From assembly GCA_017444825.1 (NCBI GenBank), contig JAFSVU010000026.1, positions 86,009-150,008 on the forward strand: a stretch of DNA of 64,000 bases, read 5' to 3'. Made by a program: the position numbers and the translations under genes. Positions 40,850 to 50,952 of this stretch are shown in pieces. Under the pieces are notes generated by a model. That model searched no databases. It was not told where the DNA came from and saw nothing but the letters and a program-made list of their open reading frames with translations. This DNA is from Clostridia bacterium. Lineage in GTDB: Bacteria; Bacillota; Clostridia; UBA1212. Numbering within the stretch: the first letter of the stretch is position 1; each line of letters starts with the position of its first letter.

Positions 40850-41025
40850 TAATATGAACCTCCGTCCAAAATCCAAAGGATTTTAAAGCTTTATTATTGA
40901 AAAAAAATGAAAATTACCCGAATAAAGGGGAAGATCGATTCAGGGGACTTAATTCAAAATGAGCCGTCTGTCACGGATCGGTTCAGGGACAGACAGCTCA
41001 TCTCAAGCTTAAGTATCAAACGATA

Positions 41026-42171
41026 TCAGATCTCGGGGATAACGATGTCGATCTCTTTTCCGAGATCCGCAGACCTAGCAATACCATCGATAATGGCCTG
41101 GTTATAGATTATCTGGGATGACGGTACCGGTGAAGGAAGATTGTATCTGCATGCGTCAATGAAGGATCTGCATTTTTCATAGAACAGTCCCTTCGGACGG
41201 TCCGGAAGCAGAGGAAGCTTTACCTCGGTCTGAAGGCCGGCTATATCCTTATAAAGCGTCATCTGGCCGCCCGGAGCTCCGTTCCAGCAATCAGTGGACG
41301 GGATCCGAAGAGCCCCTTCGGTTCCAAGGATGATAGTGTCGCCCGGGGTGTTAATGTGGCAAGCCCATGACGTGATAAAGTCGATCACAACACCGCCTTC
41401 AAGTCTGATAAAACCTGCGGCGAAATCGTCAACGTCGAACCTCTTGGCATCCTCGGGATTGTTGTATTTCGGATTCGGTCCGAAGAATGCGGATTTATAT
41501 CCGGAAACGGTGAGCGGCTTCGGATTTCCAATGGCATTGAGGACCATGTCGAGAGCATAGACGCCTATATCGCCGAGAGCGCCGATACCGGCAGTTCTCT
41601 TCTCAATGAAAGTGGAGTTCGGAATTCCTCTTCTTCTGCCGCCGCCGATTCTTATGTAGTAGACCTTTCCAAGTTCGCCGGACTCTACTATGCGCTTGAT
41701 CTCCTTCATATTGTTATCCATACGGGGCTGGATTCCGATGGAAAGAACCTTACCGGATTTCTTTTCAGCCTTGCAAACAGCAACGGCCTCTTCAAGAGTA
41801 ACGGTAAACGGTTTCTCAAGGAGAACGTTGACACCGTGTTCAAGGGCATAGATGGTGCACTCGGCGTGGGTGGCATTGTATGTGCAGACCGAGACACCGT
41901 CAAGCTCTTCGTTATCGATCAGATCCTTGTGGGAAGTATAAAAATGGATTTTTGACACATCCCAGCCCATGTTTTTGGCAAAAGTCTCAGCCTTTCCCGG
42001 AACGAGATCCGCAAGAGCAACAACCTCTACATCGTCCATCAGATTCAAGGCGTCGGCATGAGCTTCCGCAATCCAGCCGGTACCGATGATACCGTACCTG
42101 AATTTTTTATCAACATTTACTTCCTCTTCCACTTTTTCAGGTGTGAACTGGCTCAATACTTTATCGATCAT
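41026..42171 (-). CDS. Gfo/Idh/MocA-family NAD(P)-dependent oxidoreductase
   Basis: FRYGIIGTGWIAEAHADAL Rossmann start and the EKP motif (NVLLEKPFTVTLEEA). Confidence 0.85.
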   Translation of the reverse strand: MIDKVLSQFTPEKVEEEVNVDKKFRYGIIGTGWIAEAHADALNLMDDVEVVALADLVPGKAETFAKNMGWDVSKIHFYTSHKDLIDNEELDGVSVCTYNATHAECTIYALEHGVNVLLEKPFTVTLEEAVAVCKAEKKSGKVLSIGIQPRMDNNMKEIKRIVESGELGKVYYIRIGGGRRRGIPNSTFIEKRTAGIGALGDIGVYALDMVLNAIGNPKPLTVSGYKSAFFGPNPKYNNPEDAKRFDVDDFAAGFIRLEGGVVIDFITSWACHINTPGDTIILGTEGALRIPSTDCWNGAPGGQMTLYKDIAGLQTEVKLPLLPDRPKGLFYEKCRSFIDACRYNLPSPVPSSQIIYNQAIIDGIARSADLGKEIDIVIPEI

Positions 42172-42216
42172 ACAACCTCCGATATGTTTATTTAAAATGC
42201 CTTAACGCAGGCAAAT

Positions 42217-43050
42217 TCAGTTATTAACTCTTTTAAGAAAATCGATGCTCATCCTTGCGCATTCCATGGCGCTTTTTCCGAGCGCGGGCATATCCTGCTC
42301 GACTATGAGCCACTTGCTTCCGGCCACGCGGGAAGCTTTGATGATCTCTTCGATGTTCTGAACACCATAGCCAACGGGTCTGAAGCCGAAAGCTTCGGCT
42401 TCTTCAGTATCACCCTGCTTCTGCTCGTCGATACCGATGAGCGCATACATCTTTTCCGGTTTCTTGCCCGGCATAACGAAATCCTTGAGATGGACCACAG
42501 GCGACCTTCCGGAATATTTTCTTATATAAGCAGACGGATCCTCTCCGCCCACGTTTACCCAGCAGGTGTCAAGTTCTGTCTTAAGAAGAGCTGCCGGAAC
42601 TTCCCTGTAAAGAATGTCGAGAGCGTATTCGCCGTCTATCTTAACAAATTCAAAATCGTGATTGTGATAGAGAAGTTCAATGCCGTACTTTTTGCAAACG
42701 TCGCCAATAACCTTCGCCCCTTCGATAACCTCTCTGAATCTTTCCCGGCCAGGTCTGAACTCCTCGGTGAGATAGGGAATGACGACGTATTTAACGCCAA
42801 GTTTTGCGTATTCGCCAATGACGCCCTCAGGGTCCGCGATCATATCTGTAAATGGAATATGGGTGGATACAGGATCCAGATTATACTTATCACAAAGAGC
42901 TTTGGCCTCTTCTACGGAATGGCCGTAAAGGCCGGCAAACTCCACTCCTTCGTATCCCATTTCAGCTACGGCTTTGAGTGTTCCTTCAAAGTCTGCTTCC
43001 AGGTCATCTCTCACGGAGTAGAGCTGTATTCCAACCGGAAATCTTGACAT
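42217..43050 (-). CDS. Sugar phosphate isomerase/epimerase (xylose-isomerase-like TIM barrel)
   Basis: MSRFPVGIQLYSVRDDLEADFEGTLKAVAEMGYEGVEFAG... The start is set at the internal ATG, which has a perfect AGGAGG 7 nt upstream. The 51-aa N-terminal extension in the listed ORF has no RBS. Confidence 0.8.
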   Translation of the reverse strand: MSRFPVGIQLYSVRDDLEADFEGTLKAVAEMGYEGVEFAGLYGHSVEEAKALCDKYNLDPVSTHIPFTDMIADPEGVIGEYAKLGVKYVVIPYLTEEFRPGRERFREVIEGAKVIGDVCKKYGIELLYHNHDFEFVKIDGEYALDILYREVPAALLKTELDTCWVNVGGEDPSAYIRKYSGRSPVVHLKDFVMPGKKPEKMYALIGIDEQKQGDTEEAEAFGFRPVGYGVQNIEEIIKASRVAGSKWLIVEQDMPALGKSAMECARMSIDFLKRVNN

Positions 43051-43206
43051 AATAACCTCCTGAAACGGACAAAATAGCACTACAAAAAATCTGTCCGAAA
43101 TGCTAAAATGATTATATCGCCAAAAACGATATAATTCAACAGTTTTAAAAAGGGCTGATGCAACATATTGGTTATATTCAGCAAGATTCTGACCGGAGGA
43201 CACAAA

Positions 43207-44604
43207 ATGAAGAGATTGGTTTGTTTCATAATTTCGCTTCTGATACTCGCAGGATGTCTTTTGACGTCGTGTAAAAGGCCTGAAACGGAGGATCCGGTCG
43301 ATAATAACGAGCCGCAGACCCTAAAGCCTTACACTGCCACTGCGGAAGAAATGGTGGAGGCAACCGAAAGCTTTGAGGGCAATCAGCTTCTGCGGGGCAT
43401 CTGGGTGACGCCAAGGCTCAGGGCAAAGGACTCCCAGGAAACGTATGACGAGGAATACAGAAAGGTGAAAGAAGCAGGCGTAAACATGGTCTTCACCTAC
43501 GACGAGCTGAATTACAAAACCTCCATGGAAAAGCTGCTGTCGGCCTGTGAAAAAAACGGTATAAAAGTTATGATCTCCCTTGCCCGCATATCTTCCGAAG
43601 CAGAGATCAAATTTAACGTTAAAAAAGTGGAACTGTATGATTCCAATCCTGTTGTCATTGGTTATAATCTGATGGACGAGCCGAACACTTCGTCCTTCGA
43701 GCTTCTGGGAAAAGAGTATCAGGCCGTACGGGAAAAATGCTCTCCCGATAAGATCATCATGATCAATTTCTTCCCGAATTACGCCAATGCCGAGCAGCTG
43801 GGAGTCGAAGACTCAGACAACCCCTATCGGGACTACCTGAAGAAATATTTCGAGGTGTCAAGATCCGACGTGGTGTCTTTTGACTATTACCCCTACCGTT
43901 CCGATCCCGCGGGCGACGATAATCTCATCGCAAAAGCACTGACCAATATGCAGGAGATCGTTAGGGCTGAAAGCTATTCTGATGCCGAGGGCTGCTGGGG
44001 ATTTGTACAGAGCGGCGAATGGTCAGGCACCAGGACTCCAAAACTTGGAGAGCTCCGCTTCATCTCCCATCTTCACCTTCTTTTCGGGTTCAAAGCATTT
44101 ACGTATTTCCTGTACGTCACGCCGATCGACGGTGAAACGGCCGAGGGCTTTTTCAAAGGCTTGGTGGAGTACGACGGAACCATCAGGGACACTTACGGCC
44201 TTGTGAAGCAGACCGCGGAAGAGATCGACGGTATGAAAGGAGTTTATCTTGACTATGACTTTACGGGCCTTATGTACGATAAAATTCCGGAGAGTTATAT
44301 GTCTGAAATACAGGAGGATTACGATCTCGTCAAAAATCCGAAAGGACCTTTTACCTCAATAAAAGCTTCGGGTGAGAGCGGATTAATCGCCGGATATTTC
44401 GAAAAAGGGATCAGCAAGCAGGGTCTTTACGTTCTTAACAATGACAGGTATTACGACCAGTCCGCGATGGTGACGCTGAGCGGACTCATGGAGTACAGGG
44501 TCTGGGGCGAAAACGGCATCGAGCAGATGGGCGCCGCAAACGGGATCACCGTCGAATTAAGATCCGGCGAAGCAAAATTCATCGAAGTGTTTGTTAAAGA
44601 TTAA
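43207..44604 (+). CDS. Lipoprotein, putative TIM-barrel glycoside hydrolase (GH5/GH35/GH42-like)
   Basis: GGAGGA RBS, then MKRLVCFIISLLILAGCLLTSC (lipobox). Central region with NEP/E-containing barrel-like blocks (YNLMDEPN). The family assignment is uncertain. Confidence 0.5.
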   Translation: MKRLVCFIISLLILAGCLLTSCKRPETEDPVDNNEPQTLKPYTATAEEMVEATESFEGNQLLRGIWVTPRLRAKDSQETYDEEYRKVKEAGVNMVFTYDELNYKTSMEKLLSACEKNGIKVMISLARISSEAEIKFNVKKVELYDSNPVVIGYNLMDEPNTSSFELLGKEYQAVREKCSPDKIIMINFFPNYANAEQLGVEDSDNPYRDYLKKYFEVSRSDVVSFDYYPYRSDPAGDDNLIAKALTNMQEIVRAESYSDAEGCWGFVQSGEWSGTRTPKLGELRFISHLHLLFGFKAFTYFLYVTPIDGETAEGFFKGLVEYDGTIRDTYGLVKQTAEEIDGMKGVYLDYDFTGLMYDKIPESYMSEIQEDYDLVKNPKGPFTSIKASGESGLIAGYFEKGISKQGLYVLNNDRYYDQSAMVTLSGLMEYRVWGENGIEQMGAANGITVELRSGEAKFIEVFVKD

Positions 44605-45773
44605 GCATCTCTTCCAAGCCTAAGGTAAAATTCTTTTATCTTTTCATTCGTGAGCTTAACCGCGTTGTTTGACAGCCTGTCGACGTTTACGGCAAGGGCC
44701 ATTTTCTCCGCTTCCTCAGCTGAGATCATTGGTTCTTCTATGCCTATATCTGCAAGAAAACTTCTGAAAGCATCCGGAAATTTTGCGGCACTTGTTTTAA
44801 ATGAGACCTCCGCAATTTTTTCAAGTATTACAGGCAGATCATCCTCTTTGTCCGCACTCAAGACCTGCTTCTCTGCCTTAAATATCTCCTCGAAATTGAA
44901 AGCAAACGTCAATGCCACCGCATGCCCGTGAGGGATCCTTTTCAGTTCACTGAGCTTGTAGCTCATGGCATGGGGCGCAGTGGTCCTGGTTATATTGATC
45001 GCCCTCCCCGCAAAATACGAGCAGAGAAGATAGTAAGTGAACATGTCAGGGATATTCTCCGGGATCTCGCCTGAAAAAGCCTCCGGACCGCCATCTTTCA
45101 GATACTCATACATGAAAGGACACATTGCACTAAGCGCTGTAAAAGAATGGCCAATGCTCAAAGCAGTCCTTCGTCTTGAGCATGCGCTCTCCGCGGCCTG
45201 GCAGAAAGCGTCAAGAAATGTGCATTTTCTCTGGTATATCGGAAGGGTCTTAAGAAAACCGCCGCACAGCATCACATAGTCGGGCCTCACGTCTTCATCG
45301 TCAAGGGACTGCTTGACCCCGTCTTTATAATAAACCGCAAATCTCGTGGCCTCGGACCCTGTCCCCGCTGTAGTCGGAATGGCTATCATAGGCACCCTGT
45401 CTCTTACGCAGAATTTCCTGATGCACTTGGCGGTGTCGATGGCGCTGCCTCCTCCAAAACCGACAATGACGTCAGCACAGTATTGATTAAACTTATCGAT
45501 TCCAGATTCAATCTCTTCGATCCTGGGATTAGGAGAAAAGCCCTTAAAAACGTCAAAAGATATGCCGGCCTCATTAAGAAAATCAAAAGAGAAAGCCTCA
45601 TCCGGAAGGCCCGACACGATGAAGACCCGCCCTGCGCCAATGATTTCAACCAGGCTTATCAATCTGTCTCTAAACAGCCCGTCAGCCTCGTTAAAGACAA
45701 AAACATTCTCCGGAAGTCTGTCCTTTAATGAAGCGTAATTTGATATATAGAGGTCCATTAGATCCTTTTTCAT
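44601..45773 (-). CDS. Iron-containing alcohol dehydrogenase family protein
   Basis: VIVGFGGGSAIDTAKC and IPTTAGTGSE motifs. 390 aa. Confidence 0.7.
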   Translation of the reverse strand: MKKDLMDLYISNYASLKDRLPENVFVFNEADGLFRDRLISLVEIIGAGRVFIVSGLPDEAFSFDFLNEAGISFDVFKGFSPNPRIEEIESGIDKFNQYCADVIVGFGGGSAIDTAKCIRKFCVRDRVPMIAIPTTAGTGSEATRFAVYYKDGVKQSLDDEDVRPDYVMLCGGFLKTLPIYQRKCTFLDAFCQAAESACSRRRTALSIGHSFTALSAMCPFMYEYLKDGGPEAFSGEIPENIPDMFTYYLLCSYFAGRAINITRTTAPHAMSYKLSELKRIPHGHAVALTFAFNFEEIFKAEKQVLSADKEDDLPVILEKIAEVSFKTSAAKFPDAFRSFLADIGIEEPMISAEEAEKMALAVNVDRLSNNAVKLTNEKIKEFYLRLGRDA

Positions 45774-45840
45774 AGCTTTCCTTTCACAAAGTCAAGTTCA
45801 TTATTCACCCCTGATTATACAATAATGCCGCTCCAAAGTC

Positions 45841-45968
45841 ACTTCTTATTACTTTGAGCGGCACCCCCTTTTCGCAGCCCTTTTACCTCTTACCTTTTAC
45901 TTATTACTTTGAGCGGCACTCCCTCAAACTATTACTTATTACCTAAGCGGCACCGCTCAAACTAAGTC
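45841..45968 (+). repeat. Three degenerate copies of a dispersed repeat family (core TTACTTATTACYT-N3-GCGGCACYCC); the same family as the 53.3-54.0 kb array
   Basis: acttcttattactttgagcggcaccccc / ttttacttattactttgagcggcactccctcaaac / tattacttattacctaagcggcaccgctcaaac, in the divergent intergenic region. Confidence 0.7.
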
Positions 45969-45970
45969 CC

Positions 45971-45999
45971 TTGTCACTTTCCCCCGAATGTTTTATAAT
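45971..45999 (+). promoter_or_regulatory. Putative sigma-A promoter for the PHP-phosphatase gene
   Basis: TTGTCA, a 17-nt spacer, then TATAAT. GGGAGGTG RBS 7 nt before the ATG at 46020. Confidence 0.5.
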
Positions 46000-46019
46000 C
46001 TCCCCGGGAGGTGCGACGA

Positions 46020-46817
46020 ATGCTTTCCGATACACATACACACACATACTACTCGCCGGATTCCAAATCAGATCCCGAAGATAACATAAAAAAGGCCATT
46101 GAAAACGGTCAGAAATATATCGCCATCACAGACCATTTCGACCACGGAATGAAGTGCGGCAAGTCCGATTACAATTTCGACACTAAGAAGAGAAATGCAG
46201 AATTTGACCGGTTAAAAGACAGGTATGAAGGCAAGATCACGATTATTACCGGCATCGAAACCGGCCAGCAGCCCCTCCGGGATGTAAAACTCTCCAACGC
46301 GGGGAAGCTTACCGAATACGATTTTGATTACGTGATAGGATCGACCCATGTGATCGACGGTCTTGACCCCTACGAAAAGGTTTGGTTTGAAGGAAAGGAC
46401 ATGAACGCAGCCTATAAAAGGCTCCTTGAGACCCTCATTGCCAATGCCCTCTTCTGGGACAATTACGACACCGTCGGCCACTTTGATTACACCACAAGAT
46501 ACGCGCCATACGAAAACAGAATTCTCCGGTTTAAAGACTTCCCGGAGCTCATTGACGAGTTTTTGAAGATCATTATTTCAAAAGACATAGCGCTTGAGTT
46601 AAACACAAAGACCGCCACCAGGGTAGAACCGGACGCTGATATCTGGAAAAGATATAAAAAACTTGGCGGAGAACTGGTGACCATTGGAAGCGACGCCCAC
46701 AAGCCTGAATTCGTTGGATTGGAATTCGAAAAATACGCTGAATTTTTAAAAAGCTGCGGCTTTAAATATACATTTGTTTACGTAAACAGGAAACCTGTTG
46801 CCGAGAGCATCGGTTAA
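46020..46817 (+). CDS. PHP-domain phosphoesterase (histidinol-phosphatase HisJ family)
   Basis: MLSDTHTHTYYSPDSKS...AITDHFDHG... is the PHP metal-binding HxH/DH motif. The listed ORF starts 9 nt earlier at a GTG. Confidence 0.7.
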   Translation: MLSDTHTHTYYSPDSKSDPEDNIKKAIENGQKYIAITDHFDHGMKCGKSDYNFDTKKRNAEFDRLKDRYEGKITIITGIETGQQPLRDVKLSNAGKLTEYDFDYVIGSTHVIDGLDPYEKVWFEGKDMNAAYKRLLETLIANALFWDNYDTVGHFDYTTRYAPYENRILRFKDFPELIDEFLKIIISKDIALELNTKTATRVEPDADIWKRYKKLGGELVTIGSDAHKPEFVGLEFEKYAEFLKSCGFKYTFVYVNRKPVAESIG

Positions 46818-46851
46818 GAAGACGGCCCCGGCCGGCACAAAGGAAATAATA

Positions 46852-48936
46852 ATGAACTGGGAAATAGCTTATACCAATAACTTTGAAGGCGACGTTTCGG
46901 CAGGGATGGATTACAAAACGCCCTCCGACCTCAAGCATTCCGGACTTTCGCTTATATCTGCAAAGGTTCCCGGAAATTTTGAAAGCGAGCTTGTAAATCT
47001 CGGGATCGAAAACGACTATCTTTTCGGCACCAATATCCTAAGCCTTGAAAAATACAAAAACACCCACGTTTACTACTTTACGGAGTTTTTCGCCTATGAC
47101 TGTTCAAGCATAGTCATAGAGAAGTTATTTGCGAAAGCTGTGATCTATCTCAACGGGGAAAAGGTCAAAGAAACCGACCATATCCTCAGCGAGATTACAA
47201 TCAGCGACGGGATCGTCGAAGGGCAGAACACATTGGTCATTCACATCATCCCCTCCGAAAATCCCAGGGCAACCGAATCAAGAGAGCTGGGCATCGAAAC
47301 CAAGGGCATTGGCGGCGAGGTATACGTCAAGAGAACCAGGAAATGCGAGATACGGAATGCATACGTAAGGACCTCTTCATACGACAAGGACAACGACGTG
47401 GCAAAGATCAGATTCACCGCGGATATATACTTAAGGCCGGATTGCAGACACGAGTTTTCCCATCTGAGATTTAAAGCCGTCATCAAGGACGAGAAGAGAG
47501 ATTTTTCATCCGAAGGGGAAATTTTCGGCGACAAGATCGACTGCACGGTGGAGATCACGCACCCGAAGCTCTGGTATCCCAAAAATTCAGGCCGTTCCTA
47601 CCTTTACGATTCTTCGCTGACTGTGCTTGACGGGGGCAAGACCCTTGACGTGTTTGACACATCTACCGGTATCAGGACCCTCCGACTTTCGAGATCAGGT
47701 CAAAAAACAGACGATTTTGAGCTCTATATGAACGACAGCAAGGTCTTTCTTTGCGGAGCAAGCATCGGCCCTTCGGAAATATTCAAGCAGGAAGACAGCG
47801 AAAAAGTCGAGCATCTGGTACAGCTGGCATCCGAAATGAACTGCAACGTGCTGAGGTACAAAGGAGATTATGCGCCGGAGTCTTTTTATGATGCCTGCGA
47901 CAAAAACGGTATTGCCGTCATTACCGCCCTTCCGGGAGCTGACCGGGATTTTGCGGGAAGACCGGAAAATCAGAATGCGTTAAGTGAAGAAGCTCTGATC
48001 GAGATCTCACGCATCAGGAACCATCCCTCTGCAGTTCTGTTTACTTACGACGAGAAGGACTGCAATATCGTTTCTTCAGTGTTTGAGAGCCGTATCGGTC
48101 AGCTTGCAAAGGATATTCCCTTCATCCCCGGAGAATTCCATAAAAATTCAGATCGGGACGCTTCAGACTTCGGTTCCTTCTTCTCAGGTGTTACGGGCTG
48201 CCCTTCCGTGCCCTCGTACGTCTCTCTTAAAAAATTCATTCACAAAAAAGAGAGCTGGCCTGTGATCGACGAAAGCGGGGTCATGACCGGGTCTTATATT
48301 GCCCATTTTGCTCCGGGCTTAAGGACCGCCGCTCCGGGAGAAGACTTCCTTTCGACTGCGGTAAAGAATATATTCGGCGAAGAGCCCGTTAAACCCGAGC
48401 GCTTCACAAAACAGAACCAGATCGCCCAGGCCGAGTGCATCAAGTCCTTCATTGAGTATTACAGAGCAAACAGCGACAAGGCCGGAGGCGTTATAGCTTT
48501 CAGTCTTAATGACGCGCACACTCTGATCTCAGAAGCAGTCATTGACTATTATCTCGAAAAGAAGATCGCCTGCAGCTTCATCAAACGCTCCCTCACGCCA
48601 CTATGCCTGTTGATCTCCGGCTGCAGCGGAGTTTACGCTCTCCACGCGGTAAATTATCTTCCCTACGGCGACCAGATCACATATGTGGTGAAAGATCTTA
48701 CTCAAAACGGCGAGCTTACCAAAACGGGAGTTGAAGACATATTCGCATTCAGCAACACCAGGCTAACCGAGATAACTCTCACGCCGGGCCATTTTTATCA
48801 GATCACCTGGACCACAAGAGCCGGCCGGGAATACACGAATCACTTCTTCATGAGAGACGAAACCAATGATTTTGACGCTTACATGGACGCCCTCACGAAG
48901 GCCAAATACAACGAGTTTAAAAGGGTCGAGGATTAA
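46852..48936 (+). CDS. Glycoside hydrolase family 2-like protein (beta-mannosidase/beta-galactosidase-like); cytoplasmic, with no signal peptide
   Basis: GH2 sugar-binding-like YLNGEKV block; beta-sandwich; TIM-barrel block NCNVLRYKGDYAPESFYDACDKNGIAVI. The start is set at the internal MNWEIAY (AAGGAA RBS). The longer ORF overlaps the preceding gene. Confidence 0.55.
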   Translation: MNWEIAYTNNFEGDVSAGMDYKTPSDLKHSGLSLISAKVPGNFESELVNLGIENDYLFGTNILSLEKYKNTHVYYFTEFFAYDCSSIVIEKLFAKAVIYLNGEKVKETDHILSEITISDGIVEGQNTLVIHIIPSENPRATESRELGIETKGIGGEVYVKRTRKCEIRNAYVRTSSYDKDNDVAKIRFTADIYLRPDCRHEFSHLRFKAVIKDEKRDFSSEGEIFGDKIDCTVEITHPKLWYPKNSGRSYLYDSSLTVLDGGKTLDVFDTSTGIRTLRLSRSGQKTDDFELYMNDSKVFLCGASIGPSEIFKQEDSEKVEHLVQLASEMNCNVLRYKGDYAPESFYDACDKNGIAVITALPGADRDFAGRPENQNALSEEALIEISRIRNHPSAVLFTYDEKDCNIVSSVFESRIGQLAKDIPFIPGEFHKNSDRDASDFGSFFSGVTGCPSVPSYVSLKKFIHKKESWPVIDESGVMTGSYIAHFAPGLRTAAPGEDFLSTAVKNIFGEEPVKPERFTKQNQIAQAECIKSFIEYYRANSDKAGGVIAFSLNDAHTLISEAVIDYYLEKKIACSFIKRSLTPLCLLISGCSGVYALHAVNYLPYGDQITYVVKDLTQNGELTKTGVEDIFAFSNTRLTEITLTPGHFYQITWTTRAGREYTNHFFMRDETNDFDAYMDALTKAKYNEFKRVED

Positions 48937-48943
48937 ATAAATA

Positions 48944-48972
48944 TTGACAATGATACCGATTAATGATATCAT
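48944..48972 (+). promoter_or_regulatory. Promoter for tRNA-Pro
   Basis: TTGACA (48944-48949), a 17-nt spacer, then TATCAT (48967-48972), about 18 nt before the tRNA 5' end. Confidence 0.55.
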
Positions 48973-48989
48973 GCCATCCGTTGACCCGC

Positions 48990-49066
48990 CGAGATGTGGC
49001 TCAGCTTGGTAGAGCGCTGCGTTCGGGACGCAGAAGTCGCAGGTTCAAATCCTGTCATCTCGACCA
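48990..49066 (+). tRNA. tRNA-Pro (anticodon CGG)
   Basis: 77 nt: CGAGATG-TG-GCTC-AGCTTGGTA-GAGC-G-CTGCG-TTCGGGA-CGCAG-AAGTC-GCAGG-TTCAAAT-CCTGT-CATCTCG-A-CCA. It forms a cloverleaf with a C1:G72 pair, a TTCAAAT T-loop and an encoded CCA. Confidence 0.85.
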
Positions 49067-49076
49067 TAAAAAATCA

Positions 49077-49115
49077 CCTCTTTTGCCATGAAAAGCAGAA
49101 GAGGTTTTTTATTTT
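49077..49115 (+). terminator. Rho-independent terminator after tRNA-Pro
   Basis: 10-bp stem cctcttttgc/gcagaagagg (one G-U pair), 8-nt loop, then TTTTTTATTTT. Confidence 0.7.
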
Positions 49116-49202
49116 CTTTCCAAAGAAAAAACGGCACAGAATGATGAAATCATGAACCGTTTATGATATACTTAAGCCAGCTTGAAGCAAAGGAGATTCA
49201 TC

Positions 49203-49772
49203 ATGGACGTACGGGATTATCTTGATATTTTACACGTTGCAGGAAAGCTCAAGGACACCACCAGGCACTGTTTCACGCCAATGAGAAGGCACGAGAGCGT
49301 CGCGGAACACAGCTGGCGTATATCGCTTATGGCAATGCTTTTACGTGAGGTCTTTCCGGAAGCCGACATGGATAAAGTTACAAGGATGTGCCTGATCCAC
49401 GACCTTGGCGAGTGCTTTACGGGAGACATTCCCTCTTTTCTTAAAACCGAAAAGGACAGGGAGAAGGAAAGAGAGCTCCTTGGCCAATGGGTAAACACAC
49501 TTCCCTGCGAAGTGTCGCAGGAAATGAAATCTCTCTACGAAGAAATGGACGGGCAAAAGACCCTGGAATCAAGGATCTACAAATCTCTCGATAAGCTGGA
49601 AGCGATCATCTCCCACAACGAATCGCCCATAGACACCTGGCTCGAAAATGAATACGGGCTTAACCAGACATATGCTTTTGATACGGTCGCGTTCTCCGAC
49701 TGGCTTACAGAGCTTAGAAAAGCAGTTCTCGAAGACACCCTTTTGAAGATCGGTACAGAAGCCAAGCCGTAA
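49203..49772 (+). CDS. HD-domain hydrolase (YfbR-like 5'-deoxynucleotidase family)
   Basis: H...HD motif: ESVAEHSWRISLMAMLL...LIHDLGECFTGD. AAGGAG RBS 7 nt upstream of the ATG at 49203. Confidence 0.7.
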   Translation: MDVRDYLDILHVAGKLKDTTRHCFTPMRRHESVAEHSWRISLMAMLLREVFPEADMDKVTRMCLIHDLGECFTGDIPSFLKTEKDREKERELLGQWVNTLPCEVSQEMKSLYEEMDGQKTLESRIYKSLDKLEAIISHNESPIDTWLENEYGLNQTYAFDTVAFSDWLTELRKAVLEDTLLKIGTEAKP

Positions 49773-49785
49773 AAAAACATTATTA

Positions 49786-49800
49786 ATACGGCCCGGCCGT
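49786..49800. terminator. Short GC hairpin between convergent genes; a possible bidirectional terminator
   Basis: acggcccggccgt palindrome in the 35-bp gap between the HD gene (+) and the esterase gene (-). Confidence 0.3.
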
Positions 49801-49807
49801 GTCAGAT

Positions 49808-50797
49808 TCACCTTTTCAGCATCTCGTGGACAAGTTTCCAGGCACCGTCTGCATAAAAAGAGTGACCGCCCTCTCCTATATACATGGCGCATTTTTCGGG
49901 AACCCCGTTCACCTCATATGCGACCTTTCCGTCCTCGAATACCTTTTTTGCGGCAAACAGCGGGAAAATATCGTCATCACGTCCGGAGACCTGAATGAAA
50001 AATTTTGGGCAGGCCATCGCCATCAAATCGTTCATATCAAAATAGTTTGCGATACCCGGAACAAAATTGCAGGGGCAGTGCGGCATGGCGCCGATCGAAT
50101 CCTTAAACGATGCCATGGCGCAGGATGAGATCACAAGCTTAAGTCTGTCCTCGAGAGCCGAGGTGTAAGCGGTAGCAGTTCCGCCACCCGAATTACCCAT
50201 CATGCATATACATCCGGTGTCCACAAGATCCGCAAATTCACTTTCAATGACGTCAATGACTCTCGCAATATCCCAGACCCTTTCGCCAATGGTAGTCCTG
50301 CCCATAAGAAGATTGTTCATGGACGGCGGCATACAGACGGTTTGCCCCATTTCTCCGAAATTTCTCTGCTCAAGAGCCAGAGCTGCGAAGCCTTCCTTGA
50401 CTGCTCTTATAGCAAAGTCACCGTCTTCACGCTTTATAAAATCACGCTCGGCGTCATTTACAGGTCTGTTAAGGGACAGATGCATCCCGGTGGAGTGACC
50501 CTGTACGCATATCATAAGAGGGGGCTTTTTGATGCCTTCCGGAAGAAGAAGATGGCAGGGCACCCTGTAGCCCTCCTCACTCTCAAAAGTAAACCGTATT
50601 TCCTCGGCGCCTTCGATTTTCCGTCTGTATTCTATCTCCGTGCGGGGCTCTGTTTTCTCGAATTTATCAAGGCCCAGAAGATCCCGGAGTTTATTTCTCG
50701 CAGCGGATTTCCACCCGGCATAATTCTCACCTTTAAATGAAAACGACGGCTTTACGGTCTGTATTTTTTCTTTCAAAAACTCATAGGTAGTCTTCAT
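49808..50797 (-). CDS. Alpha/beta-hydrolase-fold esterase (acetylesterase/dienelactone-hydrolase-like)
   Basis: Nucleophile elbow MMGNSGGG (GxSxG). The start is at MKTTYEF with a GGGAGA RBS. Confidence 0.7.
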   Translation of the reverse strand: MKTTYEFLKEKIQTVKPSFSFKGENYAGWKSAARNKLRDLLGLDKFEKTEPRTEIEYRRKIEGAEEIRFTFESEEGYRVPCHLLLPEGIKKPPLMICVQGHSTGMHLSLNRPVNDAERDFIKREDGDFAIRAVKEGFAALALEQRNFGEMGQTVCMPPSMNNLLMGRTTIGERVWDIARVIDVIESEFADLVDTGCICMMGNSGGGTATAYTSALEDRLKLVISSCAMASFKDSIGAMPHCPCNFVPGIANYFDMNDLMAMACPKFFIQVSGRDDDIFPLFAAKKVFEDGKVAYEVNGVPEKCAMYIGEGGHSFYADGAWKLVHEMLKR

Positions 50798-50952
50798 GAT
50801 AATCTCCCTAAAACTGCAAATTTTTATACCCAAAGTCTAACATAAACCGGTTAAAAAATCAATTGACATAGGTATGCCTTAGTTATAAAATCAAAACTCG
50901 GTTGGACGCGCTTTTTCTTGCCGTCAATAATAATTCACCGGAGGGTACAAAC

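Noticed and set aside
40907-41107. 66-aa + ORF in the gfo / ABC-transporter intergenic region
   Set aside because: No RBS. The region instead contains an inverted repeat (gtctgtc...gacagac, ~40960-40995) that may be the terminator of the minus-strand Gfo/Idh/MocA gene.
42217-43203. Longer 328-aa version of the sugar-phosphate isomerase ORF
   Set aside because: The first 51 codons have no RBS and no similarity to the family. The internal ATG at 43050 has a perfect AGGAGG at -7.
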